Shown in pieces: positions 29,707 through 40,509 of a DNA stretch of 64,000 nucleotides. The notes below the pieces were generated by a model that ran no database searches, was not told where the DNA came from, and was given only the letters and a program-made list of their open reading frames with translations. The position numbers and the translations under genes were made by a program. Location of the stretch: the NCBI GenBank assembly GCA_024682115.1, contig JAIKZO010000058.1:125869-189868 (forward strand), given 5' to 3'. How positions within the stretch are numbered: position 1 is the stretch's first letter; every line of letters starts with the position of its first letter. This DNA is from Lachnospiraceae bacterium (GTDB lineage: Bacteria; Bacillota; Clostridia; Lachnospirales; Lachnospiraceae).

Positions 29707-30276
29707 ATGGCTACATATGAGATAAACGAGGAATCTCAACAGTTCGAAAAGAAACTTGCCAACGGCAGTTTGGAAGAACTTAATGAACTTAAGGCTTTTT
29801 TGTTCAAAGAAAACATCCGTATCGAGATGGAAAAAAGAGAACTTGAGGAATTAAGGAAGAAAGTTCTTGAGGACCGTCAGAAACTTCGTGAAGAATCAGA
29901 TGATGTAAATAAAAAAATAGTTTCCGAAAGAGCTCGTCTCAAGCAGGATGCTTTGTTTTTCGAAAAAAAGATGGATATTCTGAAAAACGGCTTTGAATCT
30001 CTTGAGGCTGACAGGCGTGCGCTTGAAAAAGCACGGAAACAGTTTGAGCAGGACAGTCTTCGGATAGGTGATTCTGTCAAACAGCTTAAGAACGAAGAGA
30101 TCGTTGTGTTCATGTTTCAGGGTGTCAATTCCCTTTTATCATTGAAAAAACGATACAAGGACCTTCTTAAGATATTCCATCCGGATAATATGGGCGGAGA
30201 TCATGACATGGTGCTCAAGATAAACCAGGTCTATGATGAACTTAAAAAGAATTACGAAGAATCAAAGATAATATGA
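29707..30276 (+). CDS. Coiled-coil protein with a C-terminal minimal J domain
   Basis: HPD tripeptide at 30178-30186 within LKKRYKDLLKIFHPDNMGGDHDMVLKINQVYDELKK (helix II-HPD-helix III). The ~130-aa N-terminal part is heptad-rich. Confidence 0.65.
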   Translation: MATYEINEESQQFEKKLANGSLEELNELKAFLFKENIRIEMEKRELEELRKKVLEDRQKLREESDDVNKKIVSERARLKQDALFFEKKMDILKNGFESLEADRRALEKARKQFEQDSLRIGDSVKQLKNEEIVVFMFQGVNSLLSLKKRYKDLLKIFHPDNMGGDHDMVLKINQVYDELKKNYEESKII

Positions 30277-30280
30277 TAAC

Positions 30281-30312
30281 AAAAAAAGAGTCGCCATTAT
30301 GGCGACTCTTTA
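30281..30312. terminator. Terminator hairpin, strong for rpmB (-) and weaker for the + strand
   Basis: AAAAAAA-AGAGTCGCC-attat-GGCGACTCT-TTAAAT. The A-run gives a 7-U tract on the minus transcript. Confidence 0.7.
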
Positions 30313-30326
30313 AATATGCGTATCAT

Positions 30327-30512
30327 CTATGCACGCTCAACGGCGCCTGACTTCAAACAGTTAGTGCACACGTGCATTCTCTTAGCTGCTCCGTTAACCT
30401 TGCATTTAACGCTTCTGACATTGCAACGGAAAATTCTGTTAGATCTTCTATGAGAATGGCTTACGTTATTACCAAAATGAACGCCTTTACCGCAGATATC
30501 ACATTTAGCCAT
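30327..30512 (-). CDS. rpmB: 50S ribosomal protein L28
   Basis: MAKCDICGKGVHFGNNVSHSHRRSNR... is the L28 signature. AGGAGG lies upstream on the minus strand. Confidence 0.95.
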   Translation of the reverse strand: MAKCDICGKGVHFGNNVSHSHRRSNRIFRCNVRSVKCKVNGAAKRMHVCTNCLKSGAVERA

Positions 30513-30656
30513 ATTAGCACCTCCTATCTTCTTATTCTAAAGCAACATTGTTATATTATCAGAAGAAATGCAATATTGCAAGCAGAATTTTTAATGTTTT
30601 CTTTTTCATTCTTTAATAGTATAATTGTTTAGGCTTAAATTACGAAAGGGGTATTT

Positions 30657-31043
30657 ATGAAGAAAAATACTGTAATGAAGTATACCAAAGAGACCAGCAT
30701 GAATACGCACCTTGGTTCGGTTTCGATCAATTCCGATGTTATCGCACAGTATGCAGGTGCGGTCGCAATGGAATGTTTCGGTATCGTCGGTATGGCCGGA
30801 CTCAATGTTAAAGACGGACTTGTTAAACTCCTTAAGCTTGAAGATATAAAGAGGGGAATCATCGTATCCGTCAAGAACAACAAACTGAATATTGATTTTC
30901 ATATCATAGTAGCATATGGAGTTAACGTTCAATCGGTATCACAGAACCTTATCAGTACCGTTAAATATAAGGTAGAGGAATTTGCCGGTATCGAGGTTTC
31001 AAACATAAACATCTTTGTAGAAGGTGTTAAGGTGATCGATTAG
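30657..31043 (+). CDS. Asp23/Gls24 family envelope stress protein
   Basis: Asp23-type sequence (IAQYAGAVAMECFGIVGM). It has the conserved position upstream of the DAK2 gene and recG. Confidence 0.85.
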   Translation: MKKNTVMKYTKETSMNTHLGSVSINSDVIAQYAGAVAMECFGIVGMAGLNVKDGLVKLLKLEDIKRGIIVSVKNNKLNIDFHIIVAYGVNVQSVSQNLISTVKYKVEEFAGIEVSNINIFVEGVKVID

Positions 31044-31053
31044 GAGGATTATC

Positions 31054-32709
31054 GTGTCTAATACAACTATTGATGCATCATTACTTGCCAGGATGTTCCT
31101 GTCAGGGGCAAGAAATCTTGAAACAAAAAAAGAATGGATAAATGAACTTAATGTATTTCCCGTACCTGACGGAGATACCGGTACAAATATGACCATGACT
31201 ATAATGTCTGCGGCAAAGGACGTTTCTTCTCTGATGTCGACAAATGATATAGAGATGAGATCTCTTTGCAAGGCCATTTCGTCAGGATCGTTAAGGGGTG
31301 CCCGTGGAAATTCGGGTGTGATCCTTTCGCAATTGTTGAGGGGATTTTGCAAATCCATTCAGGATAGTGAGCAGGTTGATATCAAGCAGATTTCGGAAGC
31401 TACGATAAAGGCCGTTGAAACCGCTTACAAAGCCGTTATGAAGCCCAAAGAGGGAACTATCCTCACCGTGGCAAAGGGTATGTCCGATAAAGCCGTGGAA
31501 CTTGCCGGTAACGGATGCGATGATCTTGAAGAGTTTATTACCGGTATAATCAACTACGGTGATGAAGTCCTTGCCAGGACACCCGATATGCTTCCCGTTT
31601 TAAAGCAGGCCGGTGTTGTGGATTCCGGCGGACAGGGACTTATGGAAGTCATGAAGGGAGCGCTTGATGCATTCCTAGGAAAAGAAGTTTCCCTTGATTT
31701 TTCCGCAGAAAGCGGTTCTTCGACCGAGGCCGAGGAGGCTGAGCCCGAACTTAAATATACGTATAATGCAGAATTCATAATAAGCCTTCATAAGACTTTT
31801 AATGTTAAGACACAGATGGATCTTACGGCTTTCCTCGAATCCATCGGTGATTCCATAGCATGTGTCGTGGACGGAGATATAGTTAAAGTACATGTTAATA
31901 CCAACGATCCCGGTCTTGCTGTCCAGAAAGCACTTACATACGGTGAATTATCAAGCATCAAGATCGACAACATGCGTCTTGAGCATGACGGCAAATCAAA
32001 GAATCCTTCCGATGCTGCAGGAGCAACGGATGAAGTTCCCATGGAACATAAAGATGTTGCGTTTATCGCCGTTTCGGTCGGTGACGGGATAAATGAGATA
32101 TTCAAAAGCCTCGGGGTCGATTATATCATCGAAGGCGGACAGACAATGAATCCTTCGACCGAGGACATGCTCAATGCGATCGATAAGGTAAATGCCGATA
32201 CGATATATATCCTGCCCAACAACAAGAATATCATCATGGCGGCAAATCAGGCCAAGAGCATGACCGAAGACAAAAAGATCATTGTCATTCCTACCAAGAC
32301 CGTTCCTCAGGGTATAACGGCCGTAATAAACTATGTTCCCGATATGAATCCCGATGATAATGCGGCAACTATGGAATGCGAGATCAAAAACGTTTCCACC
32401 GGTCAGGTCACATATGCGGTCAGGGATACGGTCATAGATGATATGGAGATCCATCAGGGCGATTATATGGGTATAGGTGACCAGGGCATTTTAAGTGTCG
32501 GAAGAAACTATATCGATACAGCTTTTGAGATGATCAGGGATATGATCGATGACGACAAAGAGATCATCAGCATATATTACGGCGCCGAAATAACGGAAGA
32601 TGAAGCAAATACTTTAAACGAGCTTGTTCAGGAAGCGTTCCCGAATGTTGACGTTGATCTTCAGTATGGCGGCCAGCCTATTTACTATTTCATTGTTTCA
32701 GCCGAATAG
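31054..32709 (+). CDS. DAK2 domain-containing protein (YloV-like)
   Basis: Motif NVFPVPDGDTGTNM and a DegV-like C-terminal half. GTG start after AGGAGG. Confidence 0.85.
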   Translation: MSNTTIDASLLARMFLSGARNLETKKEWINELNVFPVPDGDTGTNMTMTIMSAAKDVSSLMSTNDIEMRSLCKAISSGSLRGARGNSGVILSQLLRGFCKSIQDSEQVDIKQISEATIKAVETAYKAVMKPKEGTILTVAKGMSDKAVELAGNGCDDLEEFITGIINYGDEVLARTPDMLPVLKQAGVVDSGGQGLMEVMKGALDAFLGKEVSLDFSAESGSSTEAEEAEPELKYTYNAEFIISLHKTFNVKTQMDLTAFLESIGDSIACVVDGDIVKVHVNTNDPGLAVQKALTYGELSSIKIDNMRLEHDGKSKNPSDAAGATDEVPMEHKDVAFIAVSVGDGINEIFKSLGVDYIIEGGQTMNPSTEDMLNAIDKVNADTIYILPNNKNIIMAANQAKSMTEDKKIIVIPTKTVPQGITAVINYVPDMNPDDNAATMECEIKNVSTGQVTYAVRDTVIDDMEIHQGDYMGIGDQGILSVGRNYIDTAFEMIRDMIDDDKEIISIYYGAEITEDEANTLNELVQEAFPNVDVDLQYGGQPIYYFIVSAE

Positions 32710-32718
32710 ATCGGTTCT

Positions 32719-34788
32719 ATGAAAGATTACGAGGATATCAAATCCATAAAAGGTATCGGAGAAAAAACTGCCGGGTATTTCAACAGACTCGGCGTTTTTT
32801 CAGCTGAAGATCTTTTAAGCTATTATCCGCGTTCTTATGTTCAATACGAAGAACCCGTCACACCCGATCCGGGATGCTGCGGGAAAATCTGTTCTTACCG
32901 CCTTTTCGTGTCGGAAGATTTCAAATGGAAAAAATTAAGAAATCTGGTCATAGGGACCGGTACTGTAACAGACGGAAATAAAGTTATCCGCCTGACGTTT
33001 TTCAATGTTCCCTATTATAAAGGCAAGCTGGTCAAAGGAGCCGTATATATCTTCAGAGGAAAACTCTTAAACGAGAACGGACGGCTTAAGATGGAACAGC
33101 CTCAGTTATTTACAGAAGAAGATTACAGTGTTCTCAAAAAAGGACTTTGGCCTGTATACAGACTGACAAAGGGGCTGTCAAATAAAGTTGTTCAAAAAAG
33201 CGTTGAAAGATGCATGTACGAGAACGGTCAGATCTCTTTGTTCAGGGAATATCTTCCAGAAGATGCCATAGAACGCTTTGATCTGTGTCCCAGAAAAGAA
33301 GCAGTAGCGGGTATTCATTTTCCCAAGGATAAGGAACATATCCAAAGATGCAGGAGAAGACTTGCTTTTGATGAGCTTATCACTTTTCTTATGATGATAA
33401 GATCCTTCTCAAACAGGAAGATAGCGGAAAAAAGCGGATTTTCCATGATCGAGACCGCTTTGCCCCACAGGATCATAGAAAAACTTCCTTTTGAACTTAC
33501 CGACGGTCAGAAAAATGCGTTTAAGGACATAACCGAAGACCTTACAGGCGGATATGTTATGAACCGTCTCATTCAGGGAGATGTCGGAAGCGGAAAGACC
33601 ATCATAGCCTTTTTGTCGATGATGCTTTGTGCCGATAACGGATTCCAGTCCGCAATGATGGTTCCGACCGAGCTTTTGGCCGTAATGCACTTTAAGAACC
33701 TGAAAATCCTTCTTGAAGATAACGGGATCGATCTAAGGATCGCTCTGCTGACCGGTCAGACATCCGCAAAGGAAAGAAAAGATATACTTTCAGGTTTATC
33801 TGACGGCTCGATAAAGATGGTTATCGGGACGCACGCCCTTTTTCAGCAGAAGGTCGTATTTAAGGATCTTGCGCTTGTTATAACTGACGAACAGCACAGA
33901 TTCGGCGTTAGACAAAGACAGTCACTGTCGTTAAAGTCCCGTTCTCCGCATATCCTGGCCATGAGCGCCACGCCGATACCGAGAACTCTTTCGATCGTAC
34001 TTTATCGGGATATGAGTCTTTCGGTCATAAAAAGCAAACCCTCATCGCGTCTTGAAATTAAAAATTGTGTTGTCGGAACCTCTTACAGAAATACGGCATA
34101 TAAATTTATTAACGATGAGATCAAAAAGGGTCACCAGGCATATATCATATGTCCTTTGGTAGAACCATCCGAGGGTCTCGAGAATGTCGAAAACGTAACC
34201 GATTATGCGGAAAAGATAAAGGATCTGTTTCCGAAGGATGTCAGGATAGAGCATCTTCACGGCAAGATGAAAGATGCGGTCAAAAATGAAATCATGGATA
34301 ATTTTTCTAAAGGTAATATCGATATCCTGGTATCGACAACCGTGATCGAAGTAGGTATAGATGTTCCGAATGCGACCGTTATAATGATCGAAAACGCCGA
34401 AAGGTTCGGACTTGCCCAGCTTCATCAGCTAAGGGGACGTATAGGAAGAGGTAAGGATCAGTCTTATTCTATCTTTATAGACGGTTCCGACAGTGCTAAG
34501 GAAAATAAAAGACTGTCTGTTCTGAATTCCACCAATGACGGTTTCAGGATAGCCGAAGAAGATCTGAAGATAAGAGGAGCCGGTGATGTGTTCGGAATCA
34601 GACAATCCGGACTGATCCCCTTTGATATCGCCGACATATACGAAGATCATGAACTTATAATGTCGATCGGTGATTATCTGGATGAGATACTTAAAGATGA
34701 TCCCGAACTGGACAATGAAATCCATTCAGGCATCAGGGAGCACACTTCCGAAAATCTTCATAAATTTATTGACTTTAAGACGATCTGA
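32719..34788 (+). CDS. recG: ATP-dependent DNA helicase RecG
   Basis: Wedge domain, then helicase motifs GDVGSGKT, DEQHRFG, SATPIPRT and QLRGRIGRG. Confidence 0.95.
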   Translation: MKDYEDIKSIKGIGEKTAGYFNRLGVFSAEDLLSYYPRSYVQYEEPVTPDPGCCGKICSYRLFVSEDFKWKKLRNLVIGTGTVTDGNKVIRLTFFNVPYYKGKLVKGAVYIFRGKLLNENGRLKMEQPQLFTEEDYSVLKKGLWPVYRLTKGLSNKVVQKSVERCMYENGQISLFREYLPEDAIERFDLCPRKEAVAGIHFPKDKEHIQRCRRRLAFDELITFLMMIRSFSNRKIAEKSGFSMIETALPHRIIEKLPFELTDGQKNAFKDITEDLTGGYVMNRLIQGDVGSGKTIIAFLSMMLCADNGFQSAMMVPTELLAVMHFKNLKILLEDNGIDLRIALLTGQTSAKERKDILSGLSDGSIKMVIGTHALFQQKVVFKDLALVITDEQHRFGVRQRQSLSLKSRSPHILAMSATPIPRTLSIVLYRDMSLSVIKSKPSSRLEIKNCVVGTSYRNTAYKFINDEIKKGHQAYIICPLVEPSEGLENVENVTDYAEKIKDLFPKDVRIEHLHGKMKDAVKNEIMDNFSKGNIDILVSTTVIEVGIDVPNATVIMIENAERFGLAQLHQLRGRIGRGKDQSYSIFIDGSDSAKENKRLSVLNSTNDGFRIAEEDLKIRGAGDVFGIRQSGLIPFDIADIYEDHELIMSIGDYLDEILKDDPELDNEIHSGIREHTSENLHKFIDFKTI

Positions 34789-34869
34789 CAGTAATATTAT
34801 ATTGTGTATTTATGTGCTTTTATGCACAACATATTGTGTTTTTCGTCACATTACAGAATGGAGATCCCT

Positions 34870-35733
34870 TTGAAAACTGCAGTTGCGACCGATTCAAACA
34901 GCGGTATTACAAAAGCCGAGGCCGAAAAACTCGGAATCTATGTTCTGCCGATGCCTTTTATCATCGACGGAGAGGAATATTTCGAAGAGATAAATCTTAC
35001 TCAGGAAGGTTTTTACGAGAAACTCCTGGGCGGAGCCGAAGTACATACATCGCAGCCCAGTCCCGAAGCTCTGACCGCATTTTGGGATGATATCCTTAAG
35101 GATCATGATGAGGTTGTATATATTCCCATGAGTTCCGGTCTTTCCGGCTCATATCAGACCGCAAGGATGCTTTCCGAAGATTATGACGGCCGTGTCTTTC
35201 CGGTAAATAACCAAAGGATCTCTGTGACCCAGCGTTCTTCGGTTCTCGATGCGCTTTCCCTTTGCGATAAGGGGGCAGAAGGTAAGGATATACTTAAGAT
35301 CCTTGAAGAAGATAAGTTCAATTCCACTATCTATATCATGGTCGGAACACTGGAATATCTTAAAAAGGGCGGTCGTATAACACCTGCGGCCGCAACCATC
35401 GGCAATATGCTCAAGATCAAACCGATCCTTCAGATCCAGGGTGAAAAACTGGATGCTTTTGCCATTTCCAGAACTGTGAACGGCGGAAAACAGATCATGA
35501 TCAATGCCATCAAGAAGGATTGTATCAACCGTTTCGGCTCGCTTGATCCCGACAATGTGATCATTAATGCGGCTTATTCAAACAATAAAGAGTCTGCCGG
35601 GGAATTCCTGGATGAGATCAAAGCATCTTTCCCCGGATTTGACATATACAGTGCGCCGCTTTCATTATCAGTTTCATGCCATATCGGTCCTCAATCACTG
35701 GCTTTGACTGCAACAAAAAGATTAAAAGTATAA
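34870..35733 (+). CDS. DegV family fatty-acid-binding protein
   Basis: TTG 34870 lies 6 nt after GGAG and gives MKTAVATDSNSG, a typical DegV N-terminus. Alternative ATG at 34858; the track start at 34804 is over-extended. Confidence 0.85.
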   Translation: MKTAVATDSNSGITKAEAEKLGIYVLPMPFIIDGEEYFEEINLTQEGFYEKLLGGAEVHTSQPSPEALTAFWDDILKDHDEVVYIPMSSGLSGSYQTARMLSEDYDGRVFPVNNQRISVTQRSSVLDALSLCDKGAEGKDILKILEEDKFNSTIYIMVGTLEYLKKGGRITPAAATIGNMLKIKPILQIQGEKLDAFAISRTVNGGKQIMINAIKKDCINRFGSLDPDNVIINAAYSNNKESAGEFLDEIKASFPGFDIYSAPLSLSVSCHIGPQSLALTATKRLKV

Positions 35734-35746
35734 AGAGGTTATTTCT

Positions 35747-37666
35747 GTGTCTAAAAATGTTTATGATGCCAGCAGCATCACCGTACTGGAGGGGCTGGAG
35801 GCTGTACGACGCCGCCCCGGAATGTATATAGGCTCGGTATCTACCAAGGGCCTTAATCATCTGATATATGAGATAGTAGATAATTCCGTCGATGAACATC
35901 TGGCGGGATTTTGTTCGGATATATGGGTGACTCTTGAAAAAGACGGATCTGCTACGATCGAAGATAACGGCCGCGGTATTCCCGTAGGTCTTCACGAAAA
36001 GGGTGTTTCGGCGGAACGTCTTGTCTTTACGACTCTGCATGCCGGCGGAAAATTTGACGATTCCGCATATAAAACATCGGGAGGTCTTCACGGTGTCGGT
36101 TCTTCTGTAGTTAATGCGCTTTCAACTTACCTTACCGTTCAGATAAAGAACGGCGGAATGTTATACGAAGACAGATATGAAAGAGGTATTCCGACCGTTG
36201 AGCTTGACAAAGGCCAGCTCGTTCCCGTCGGAAAAGCCAGAGGAACGGGTACCAAAGTCAATTTTCTTCCGGACGATACCATTTTTGACAGGACCAGATT
36301 TAAGGAAGATGAGATAAAGTCACGTCTTCACGAAACCGCTTATCTCAATCCTACGCTTACGATCCATTTTAAGGATCTAAGAAAAGAGGAAGCTGAATCC
36401 GTAGATTATAACGAACCTGACGGTATAGTCGGTTTTATCAGAGATATCAACAAAAATTCAGAAAGCGTTTCGGACATCGTATATTTTTCCGGTGAATCCG
36501 AAGGCATCTCAGTTGAGGGTGCTTTACAGTACACAAACGAATTCCACGAAAATGTGCTCGGTTTCTGTAATAACATCTATAATGCCGAGGGCGGCACGCA
36601 TCTTACCGGTTTTAAGACCGCTTTCACCAACATCATAAATAATTACGCCAGAGAGCTTAATATCCTTAAGGATAAGGATGTCAATTTTACGGGTGCCGAT
36701 GTCAGGAACGGAATGACAGCCGTCATTTCACTTAAACATCCCGATCCGAGGTTTGAAGGCCAGACAAAGACAAAGCTGGACAATCAGGATGCCACGAAAG
36801 TCGTGTCCAAGATAACCACGGATGAACTTACCCGTTATTTTGACAGAAATCTTGAGGGATTGAAGAATATCATATCCTGTGCCGAAAAGGCCGCAAAGAT
36901 AAGAAAGACCGAAGAAAAAGCCAGGACAAACATGCTCACCAAGCAGAAATACAGCTTTGATTCGAACGGTAAGCTTTCTAATTGCGAATCGAGGGATGCT
37001 TCTCTTTGCGAGATATTCATTGTCGAGGGAGATTCTGCCGGCGGGTCCGCAAAGACTGCCAGGAACAGGATGTATCAGGCCATTTTACCCATAAGGGGTA
37101 AGATACTCAACGTCGAAAAAGCTTCGATAGACAAAGTACTTGCCAATGCCGAGATCAAAACCATGATCAATGCTTTCGGATGCGGATTTTCGGAAGGATA
37201 CGGCAACGACTTTGATATAACAAAGCTTCGTTACAACAAGATAATCATCATGGCCGATGCCGATGTGGACGGTGCCCATATAGCCACACTTCTGCTGACA
37301 CTTTTTTACAGGTTTATGCCTGAACTCATATATGAGGGACATGTATATATAGCAATGCCGCCTCTTTATAAAGCGATGCCTTCCAAAGGGGAAGAAGAGT
37401 ATCTTTATGATGATAAGGCCCTGGAAGAATACAGGAAAACACATAAAGGACCGTTTACCCTTCAAAGATATAAGGGACTAGGAGAAATGGATGCCCAGCA
37501 GCTTTGGGAAACCACACTCGATCCCGAAAGAAGAATATTGAAACAGGTTGAGATAGAAGATGCACGAATGGCTTCGGATGTAACGGCCATGCTGATGGGA
37601 ACCGAGGTTCCTCCGAGAAAGGCATTCATCTACGATCATGCAAACGAAGCCGAACTGGATGTGTGA
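35747..37666 (+). CDS. parE: Type IIA topoisomerase B subunit, probably topoisomerase IV ParE
   Basis: GHKL ATPase (VLEGLEAVRRRPGMYIG, DNGRGIP), Toprim EGDSAGG, and PLRGKILNV. The ParE versus GyrB call rests on the partner gene and genomic context. Confidence 0.85.
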   Translation: MSKNVYDASSITVLEGLEAVRRRPGMYIGSVSTKGLNHLIYEIVDNSVDEHLAGFCSDIWVTLEKDGSATIEDNGRGIPVGLHEKGVSAERLVFTTLHAGGKFDDSAYKTSGGLHGVGSSVVNALSTYLTVQIKNGGMLYEDRYERGIPTVELDKGQLVPVGKARGTGTKVNFLPDDTIFDRTRFKEDEIKSRLHETAYLNPTLTIHFKDLRKEEAESVDYNEPDGIVGFIRDINKNSESVSDIVYFSGESEGISVEGALQYTNEFHENVLGFCNNIYNAEGGTHLTGFKTAFTNIINNYARELNILKDKDVNFTGADVRNGMTAVISLKHPDPRFEGQTKTKLDNQDATKVVSKITTDELTRYFDRNLEGLKNIISCAEKAAKIRKTEEKARTNMLTKQKYSFDSNGKLSNCESRDASLCEIFIVEGDSAGGSAKTARNRMYQAILPIRGKILNVEKASIDKVLANAEIKTMINAFGCGFSEGYGNDFDITKLRYNKIIIMADADVDGAHIATLLLTLFYRFMPELIYEGHVYIAMPPLYKAMPSKGEEEYLYDDKALEEYRKTHKGPFTLQRYKGLGEMDAQQLWETTLDPERRILKQVEIEDARMASDVTAMLMGTEVPPRKAFIYDHANEAELDV

Positions 37667-37708
37667 TCTTTTCCATTTTAGTAAACATATAAACGGTGGT
37701 CATACCAT

Positions 37709-39961
37709 ATGAAAAAGAAAGAATTTGTTGAAAACATCATAAAGACCGAATATTCGGAAGTGATGCAGAAATCATACATTGATTATGCGATGTCCGTAAT
37801 CATCTCAAGAGCTCTTCCCGATGCCAGAGACGGGCTCAAACCGGTTCAGAGAAGAGTCTTATATGACATGTATGAACTCGGCATCAAATTCGATAAGCCT
37901 TACCGTAAATCGGCACGTATTGTCGGTGATACGATGGGTAAATACCATCCTCACGGTGACAGCTCGATATATGAAGCACTGGTAGTGATGAGCCAGGATT
38001 TCAAAAAGGGACTTCCTCTTATCGACGGACACGGTAACTTCGGCAATATAGAAGGAGACGGTGCCGCCGCAATGAGATATACGGAAGCGCGTCTTCAGGA
38101 AGTTACACAGAACGCCTTTTTGAGCGACCTTGACAAAGATGTCGTTGATTTCATACCCAATTTCGATGAGACCGAAAAAGAACCTTCGGTACTTCCCGTA
38201 AAATTCCCGAATCTCCTTGTGAACGGTTCGGACGGTATAGCCGTAGGTATGGCTACATCCATACCTCCGCATAATCTTGGAGAAGTGATCGAAGCCACAA
38301 AGGCCTATATGAACAACGAAGAGATATCCACGGCCATGCTCTTGAGATATATCAAGGGACCTGATTTTCCTACAGGCGGTATCGTGACCAATAAAGACGA
38401 ACTCAGGGAAATATATGAGACGGGACAGGGTAAGATAAAGATCCGCGGAAAGGTCGAGATCGAACCCCAAAAGGGCGGTAAGACCAATGTTGTGATCACC
38501 CAGATACCTTATCCGATGATCGGAGCCAATATAGCCAAATTCCTTCAGGATGTTGCGGCTTTGGCAGAGACCAAAAAGACTCAGGATATCGTGGATATAA
38601 CAAACCAGTCTTCAAAAGAAGGCATCAGGATCGTTATCGAGTTAAGAAAAGATGCCGATGCTGATAATTTCGTCAATATGCTGTATAAAAAGACGAGACT
38701 TGAAGATACTTTCGGGGTAAACATGCTCGCCATCGCTAACGGCAGACCGGAAGTGATGTCATTAAAACAGATCATAGCCCACAATGTGGACTTCATATTT
38801 GAAGTTACCAGAAGGAAATATACCACATTACTCAATAAGGAACTTGAGAAAAAGGAGATCCAGGAAGGACTGATCAAAGCCTGCAATGTCATCGATCTGG
38901 TTATCGAGATCCTTCGCGGATCCAAAGACAGGCCTATGGCAAAAGCCTGCCTTGTTGAGGGAAATGTTGAAGGTATCAACTTCAGATCAAAAGAATCCAA
39001 GATAATGGCTTCACAGCTCAGATTCACCGAGAAACAGGCGAATGCCATCCTTGAGATGCGTTTATATAAGCTTATCGGACTTGAACTTGAAGCGCTTATA
39101 AATGAGCATGAGGATACACTCGCAAATATCTTCAAGTATGAAGATATCCTTGACCGAAGAGATTCCATGGCTACCGTTATCATGAATGAACTTGATGATA
39201 TCAAAAGCCGGTTTGCTTCCAAGAGAAAAACCGTCATAGATAATGTAGAAGAGGCCGTTTACGTTGAAAAGCAGATCGAGGAAATGGATGTGATGTTCCT
39301 CATGGATCGTTTCGGGTATGCCAAGACCATCGATATGGCCACTTATGAGAGAAATATCGAAAACGTATTTACCGACTATAAATACGTTGTTAACTGCAAA
39401 AACACAGGCAGGATATGTATTTTTACGAACACCGGGGATATGCATACCGTCAAAGTCATGGATATACCGTTCGGAAAATATAAGGATAAAGGCGTTCCGA
39501 TAGACAATATCAGTAATTACAATACCGAAAAAGAATATGTTGTCGCATGCGAATCGCAGAGCCGTCTGAATCTGTATAATCTTATATTCGTAACTAAACT
39601 GTCGATGATGAAGATAGTTGACGGCGGAGAATTTGATGTGACACGAAGGACCATCAGTGCGACCAAACTTCTTGACGGTGATGAAGTGATATCCGTATGC
39701 GCCCTTACAGACCAGAAACAGATCGTGCTTAAGACCGCGGACGGATATTTCATCAGGTTCGGCATTGAAGATATACCCGAAAAGAAAAAGACTGCGGTGG
39801 GAGTAAGGGGTATGAAACTGTCACCCAAAGATACCGTGGAAAATGTATTCTTTACCAGTGCTTCTTCGGAACCGAATGTTATAATAGACGAAAAGCCGTT
39901 CGATCTTTACAGAGTCAAATTATCAAGAAGAGACGGTAAGGGAACGAAGATACGTTTATAG
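37709..39961 (+). CDS. parC: Type IIA topoisomerase A subunit, probably topoisomerase IV ParC
   Basis: DGLKPVQRRVLY and catalytic-Tyr region AAMRYTEARL. It is 750 aa with a short C-terminal domain. I found no GyrA-box (QRRGGKG). Confidence 0.8.
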   Translation: MKKKEFVENIIKTEYSEVMQKSYIDYAMSVIISRALPDARDGLKPVQRRVLYDMYELGIKFDKPYRKSARIVGDTMGKYHPHGDSSIYEALVVMSQDFKKGLPLIDGHGNFGNIEGDGAAAMRYTEARLQEVTQNAFLSDLDKDVVDFIPNFDETEKEPSVLPVKFPNLLVNGSDGIAVGMATSIPPHNLGEVIEATKAYMNNEEISTAMLLRYIKGPDFPTGGIVTNKDELREIYETGQGKIKIRGKVEIEPQKGGKTNVVITQIPYPMIGANIAKFLQDVAALAETKKTQDIVDITNQSSKEGIRIVIELRKDADADNFVNMLYKKTRLEDTFGVNMLAIANGRPEVMSLKQIIAHNVDFIFEVTRRKYTTLLNKELEKKEIQEGLIKACNVIDLVIEILRGSKDRPMAKACLVEGNVEGINFRSKESKIMASQLRFTEKQANAILEMRLYKLIGLELEALINEHEDTLANIFKYEDILDRRDSMATVIMNELDDIKSRFASKRKTVIDNVEEAVYVEKQIEEMDVMFLMDRFGYAKTIDMATYERNIENVFTDYKYVVNCKNTGRICIFTNTGDMHTVKVMDIPFGKYKDKGVPIDNISNYNTEKEYVVACESQSRLNLYNLIFVTKLSMMKIVDGGEFDVTRRTISATKLLDGDEVISVCALTDQKQIVLKTADGYFIRFGIEDIPEKKKTAVGVRGMKLSPKDTVENVFFTSASSEPNVIIDEKPFDLYRVKLSRRDGKGTKIRL

Positions 39962-39966
39962 ATAGC

Positions 39967-40509
39967 ATGAGAGTCATTGCAGGAAAATGCAGATCCTTAC
40001 AATTAAAAACACCACGCGGATACAATACCCGCCCGACACTTGACCGGATCAAGGAAACACTGTTTAATATTATTCAGAATGATGTCCCCGGTGCTGTTGT
40101 GGCGGATATTTTTGCCGGCAGCGGAGCTCTCGGCATAGAAGCATTGTCCAGAGGCGCTGTACATTCGTATTTTATTGACAAAGATCTCGAATCGATAAAA
40201 TGCATTAACGACAATCTTAAGTTTACCAGACTCACGGATTGCTCGACCATCATATCAGGTGATGTATTTTCTGCCATATCAAGGATAGACAGAAAACATG
40301 TCGACATTATATTTATCGATCCGCCCTATGAAGGAGGCTATGAGGAAAGACTCTTTTCTTTTCTTAAAGATGCATCGTTCGTAGACGAAGATACACTGAT
40401 AGTACTGGAATCCGCGATCGATAAAACTTTTGAATACGACGGTTTTGAGATCATAAAGATCAAAGAATATAAGACAAACAAGCATTCATTTTTCAGGAGG
40501 ATCATATGA
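39967..40509 (+). CDS. rsmD: 16S rRNA (guanine966-N2)-methyltransferase RsmD
   Basis: MRVIAGKCR..., SAM motif [17 protein letters not shown], and the DPPY motif (IFIDPPYE). Confidence 0.85.
   Translation: MRVIAGKCRSLQLKTPRGYNTRPTLDRIKETLFNIIQNDVPGAVVADIFAGSGALGIEALSRGAVHSYFIDKDLESIKCINDNLKFTRLTDCSTIISGDVFSAISRIDRKHVDIIFIDPPYEGGYEERLFSFLKDASFVDEDTLIVLESAIDKTFEYDGFEIIKIKEYKTNKHSFFRRII

Noticed and set aside
30569-30580. 12-bp perfect palindrome TGCAATATTGCA between divergent rpmB and asp23.
   Set aside because: It is short and AT-rich, so it may occur by chance. I could not place it convincingly relative to a -35/-10 pair on either strand.
35747-39961. Possibility that this pair is gyrB/gyrA rather than parE/parC.
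   Set aside because: The A subunit is short (750 aa) and I found no GyrA-box. The locus is not next to dnaA/dnaN/recF. This is still only a contextual call, so confidence in the subtype is moderate.
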